A DNA stretch of 62,285 bases, counting the filler. It is 11 parts of 11 records of this genome, joined end to end, with 100 filler letters (N's around TTAATTAATTAA, not from the genome) between each part and the next. Parts side by side here need not be neighbours in the genome. Positions count along the whole stretch, not along the records: positions 59,074 to 62,285 come from SRR15195285_5974; 10 more parts are not named here. The stretch is one strand, 5' to 3'. Position numbers and translations under genes: made by a program. Below, piece by piece: positions 59,357 to 62,285 of this stretch; the first letter of the stretch is position 1; each line of letters opens with the position of its first letter. The notes under the pieces were generated by a model that saw only the letters and a list, made by a program, of their open reading frames with translations, was not told the DNA's origin and made no database searches.

Positions 59357-62285
59357 ATGGCGGTGCGCTACCCGGCGACGCTCAAGCTCGCGGTTGCCCA
59401 CAGCGAGGCCGGCGTGGACGACTTCGAGTGCGAGTTCCCGTGGACGGTGTCGCTGATGCAGGTCAAGTTGGACATCGCCACGAGGCTGGTCCTGGCCACG
59501 GAGGACATCGACCACCTCGAGCTCAGCGTCCCGTCCGTGGAGTACCTGGACCAGGGATACCCACGCTGGACCGGGCAAACGCAGGACCTGATGGACGGCA
59601 AGTACTCCATGATGAAGCACGCCCGGCGGAGTGGCTGGCGCATGGAGGCCGCGGGTGGCTACGACCACGACGTGGCTGACGAGGAGGGCTGGCTGGAGGC
59701 CAAGAGATGGAGCGCGAGCAATCACGGCGCGGTCATGAGCCTGCACGTCGAGGTCCCACCTGTCGTGGAGTCGGACGAGGAGCCGAGCTACCCGGGCCTG
59801 CCGGAGGCGCCCACGGCCCGGCTGCCCCCCACGCCTCTGGAGCCACCGCGGGAGCGACTGCCGGAGCCAGACCCCGTCACGCCGCCGGCGCCGCCAGTGA
59901 AGAGCAAGGTCCCTCTGGCGTCGCGCCTCGGCGGCGTCAGCGCAGCCAGACCGGGCGGGGATACGCCGGGCGACCATGGGGCACCGCTGGCAAAGGCGCG
60001 TTGGGGTGGCAAGAACGCCCACCTCGAGCGGCTGCAAATGAAAGCGTACGGCAGCACAAGCGTGCGCGAACGTGCGGAGGCGCTGCGGGAGCTGGGGGAA
60101 ATGCGCGAGAAATCACTGGCTATGGCCAAGGTGAGCGAGCAGGCGCAGCTGACGGACGAGGAGCGTACGGCAGCACAGGCCTCAATCAAGGAGAAGCAGC
60201 GGCTAGCGGAGCTCCGAGAAGAGGAACGGTTAGCCAAGGAGCGGGAGGCCGCCGAGGCGGCTGCCGCAAAGGAGCGAGAGGAAGAGGAGAAACGCCTGGC
60301 CGCGGAAGCGAAAGCGAATGAGGCCATGTCCAAGAAGGCCGCGAAGGAGGAGAAAAAGAAGGCGAAGAAGGCAGCGAAGGCCGCACAGAAACAGTTGGAA
60401 CGCGAGTTACGCAAGCAGAAACAGGAGGAGGAGGAGGAGGCGCAGGCGGAAGCTAAAGAGAAGAAGAAGCAACAGTTGCGTGAGGACGCGAAAAAACGCG
60501 CTGCTGAGGCCCAGATGGATGAAGAATATCATTTCGCGCAGCGTTTCAGCCGCGATGGGGCAGTGATTTTCATTCAGATGGTGGTGTTAGTAATGATTGC
60601 AGGGAGCATCGTTGCGGCGCTGACGTTTGTGTACCTGCTCCTCCACAGCTGCAGTGACCCGCTGGAGGAGCCGATGGCGCCTACGGTCGTCAAGCATTTT
60701 TCGCCGTTGAATCTACGCTTGCTGGCGGTTCAACAGGACACCGGGCCTGTGAACGTACTTATGGGCTCCTGCAATTTGTCGACATCAACGTCAGCAAACA
60801 CATCTTCCTGCTTCAGCGGTGAGGAACCGGACTGTAATCCAGCGATTTGTTGTTGCATTCGGGTAAAGGTTGTGCATCGCGGTGCGACTCTCACTGCTAC
60901 AAAAAGAGTCCAAACGATGATGAGACTCCAAAGTCGGGTACTCAGTATTGTGTCTACATTTGACCGAGCAAACGCCGGGATATTTGATTGCCCACAGGCA
61001 GACATTACAGTATGGATCCCTCGCGGCATTGCTGTAGGGGTGTCGGGTCTGACTCAGAAAGTGGACCCACTGGAATTCTACGGAGACGGTTATTTCGATC
61101 CAACACCGATCAAAACGGTAAATCGCATGGAGCTGCAGGTTACCCTCAATGCATCAGCATCCCAGGACTGGCTGCCCCCCCCCAAAAGTGACGTCCGAGT
61201 TGCGCTTGCTCCGGACGTACCGTTCGGAGCGGCATCTCTTTACAGTAACGCAGGTGATTTGGAGGTCGATGGCTTTTATGGCGGCGCAGTCCAGCTGCTA
61301 GCACATGGTGGCAGCATTTCGGCCAAAAACCTCGAGTGCGATTCTCTGGATGTTGAAGTCCGCGCCACTCATGGCTTTACACAACCTGACTGGGGTACCC
61401 GACTGTTAGGAGTGCTGCCTGCGGTGCCGTTTCTGTATATGTGGCCCGTTATGCACCGCACTGTGGGTAACGTGACAGTGGTCAACGTCACTGAGTGGGG
61501 CCGCAGCGGTGGAAGCCCGGACGCTACGACCAACTTGGCTAGCCTCAATGCAGGTTATCGATGGATCGAGCGCGATCCACGGTGGTCTGCGGAAGCATAC
61601 AGAGAGTACGCTGGAACTCGGGCGGAAAATGTCTACGCAGGTTCCACCGTTTGGAATGGTCGATTTATGTCGCGCGACATGTGGTTGAAAATTGACCTGC
61701 AGAAAGTGTATACTATAGCAGGGATCAGCTTGACTGCCTTCGCTGGTGGAGGATTACCTCGCAGATGTGAACTATGGGTTTGCTCGGACGTAAGCGGTGT
61801 CTGCTCGGGGGAAAGCACCACCTGGGAAAGCGTGATGCCCTTCATGGGCGACCCTACAGACAGCCCACAGTTGTTCGACGGATTCGAAGGCACAGGCAGG
61901 GTGTTCAAAATCACAGTGCTGAGCACGTATCCTGCGCTGATCGATACTGGCGTTCCCGCCTCCGCTGGCTCGGCAGGTGTCATGGCCTCTCCACAGCTCG
62001 AAAACTCTCCTGCTGGATGGCAGGAAATTAGGGACTGGAAGGTGTATTCAACAGGGGCACGAATCGGGCTATTCAGTGATGGCACGTCGCTAGATGTCAA
62101 GTCGGGCAGATATCATGCATTTCAGAATGGTTTGTACATCGTTGCAGCAAACGTTCAGCTGGATATCCTGTCCCTGGTTTCAGGAGTCGTCGCTGTTGCC
62201 GTAGCACTGAATGGAAATGTTGATGCGCGTGCAATGCATACAGCAGACAGTCACCCCGACTCTGGCTTCGCTGACTTCTCCGTCA
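59357..62285 (+). CDS. Large type II membrane protein (absent from the ORF track, runs off the window): cytosolic Pro-rich and E/K coiled-coil region, one TM helix, extracellular beta-rich, discoidin-like and C1q-like domains
   Basis: My manual translation from ATG 59357 found no stop over 976 codons to the window end. TM GAVIFIQMVVLVMIAGSIVAALTFVYLLL (~60557-60645); MWLKIDLQKVYTIAGISL (F5/8-like); GWQEIRDW...SGRYHAFQNGLYIVAANVQLD (C1q-like). Confidence 0.8.
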   Translation, partial: MAVRYPATLKLAVAHSEAGVDDFECEFPWTVSLMQVKLDIATRLVLATEDIDHLELSVPSVEYLDQGYPRWTGQTQDLMDGKYSMMKHARRSGWRMEAAGGYDHDVADEEGWLEAKRWSASNHGAVMSLHVEVPPVVESDEEPSYPGLPEAPTARLPPTPLEPPRERLPEPDPVTPPAPPVKSKVPLASRLGGVSAARPGGDTPGDHGAPLAKARWGGKNAHLERLQMKAYGSTSVRERAEALRELGEMREKSLAMAKVSEQAQLTDEERTAAQASIKEKQRLAELREEERLAKEREAAEAAAAKEREEEEKRLAAEAKANEAMSKKAAKEEKKKAKKAAKAAQKQLERELRKQKQEEEEEAQAEAKEKKKQQLREDAKKRAAEAQMDEEYHFAQRFSRDGAVIFIQMVVLVMIAGSIVAALTFVYLLLHSCSDPLEEPMAPTVVKHFSPLNLRLLAVQQDTGPVNVLMGSCNLSTSTSANTSSCFSGEEPDCNPAICCCIRVKVVHRGATLTATKRVQTMMRLQSRVLSIVSTFDRANAGIFDCPQADITVWIPRGIAVGVSGLTQKVDPLEFYGDGYFDPTPIKTVNRMELQVTLNASASQDWLPPPKSDVRVALAPDVPFGAASLYSNAGDLEVDGFYGGAVQLLAHGGSISAKNLECDSLDVEVRATHGFTQPDWGTRLLGVLPAVPFLYMWPVMHRTVGNVTVVNVTEWGRSGGSPDATTNLASLNAGYRWIERDPRWSAEAYREYAGTRAENVYAGSTVWNGRFMSRDMWLKIDLQKVYTIAGISLTAFAGGGLPRRCELWVCSDVSGVCSGESTTWESVMPFMGDPTDSPQLFDGFEGTGRVFKITVLSTYPALIDTGVPASAGSAGVMASPQLENSPAGWQEIRDWKVYSTGARIGLFSDGTSLDVKSGRYHAFQNGLYIVAANVQLDILSLVSGVVAVAVALNGNVDARAMHTADSHPDSGFADFSV

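Overview
This is eukaryotic nuclear DNA, not a prokaryotic locus: GC-rich and gene-dense, with short (~70-330 bp) GT-AG spliceosomal introns (donors GTGCG/GTGAG/GTAAG/GTACG, CTRAC/CTRAT branch sites). The window is a concatenation of 11 unlinked contigs joined by artificial 100-bp linkers (44 N + TTAATTAATTAA + 44 N): 1-5650, 5751-14098, 14199-21844, 21945-25567, 25668-32514, 32615-39652, 39753-42937, 43038-46358, 46459-55701, 55802-58973 and 59074-62285. Adjacency across linkers has no biological meaning. The protein style (EPEPEP linkers, LKSDD and GHRRxQ motifs, Cys-rich secreted mosaics) suggests an uncultured marine protist MAG/SAG. Picozoa is my recollection-based guess and is not demonstrated here. 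Recognisable genes: an EEP-family phosphoesterase, a TMEM198-like/SAM/mono-ADP-ribosyltransferase fusion, a PhyH dioxygenase, a 7-exon secreted two-CAZyme protein, an MFS transporter, a Cys-rich putative nuclear protein, a WW protein, an 8-EF-hand protein, an OSCA/TMEM63 channel, an SH3/Cys-rich protein, a giant GCC2/GCC3-repeat surface protein, a Myb + phage-type thymine-hypermodification-family protein, PLAC8, an HSL esterase, kinesin-13, a GNAT, organellar RecA, a truncated PPK2, a CUB/EGF secreted protein, and a type II membrane protein missed by the ORF track. Top candidates for novelty: (1) the Myb-fused aGPT-Pplase1/5-hmdU-DNA-kinase-like enzyme (40394-42937), (2) the receptor-like multi-TM-SAM-ART protein (2883-5213), (3) a possible LKxDD polyprotein junction between two enzymes, and (4) recurrent long intergenic hairpins and TAC-N-GTA palindromes. 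All family calls come from motif recognition by eye; no searches were run.
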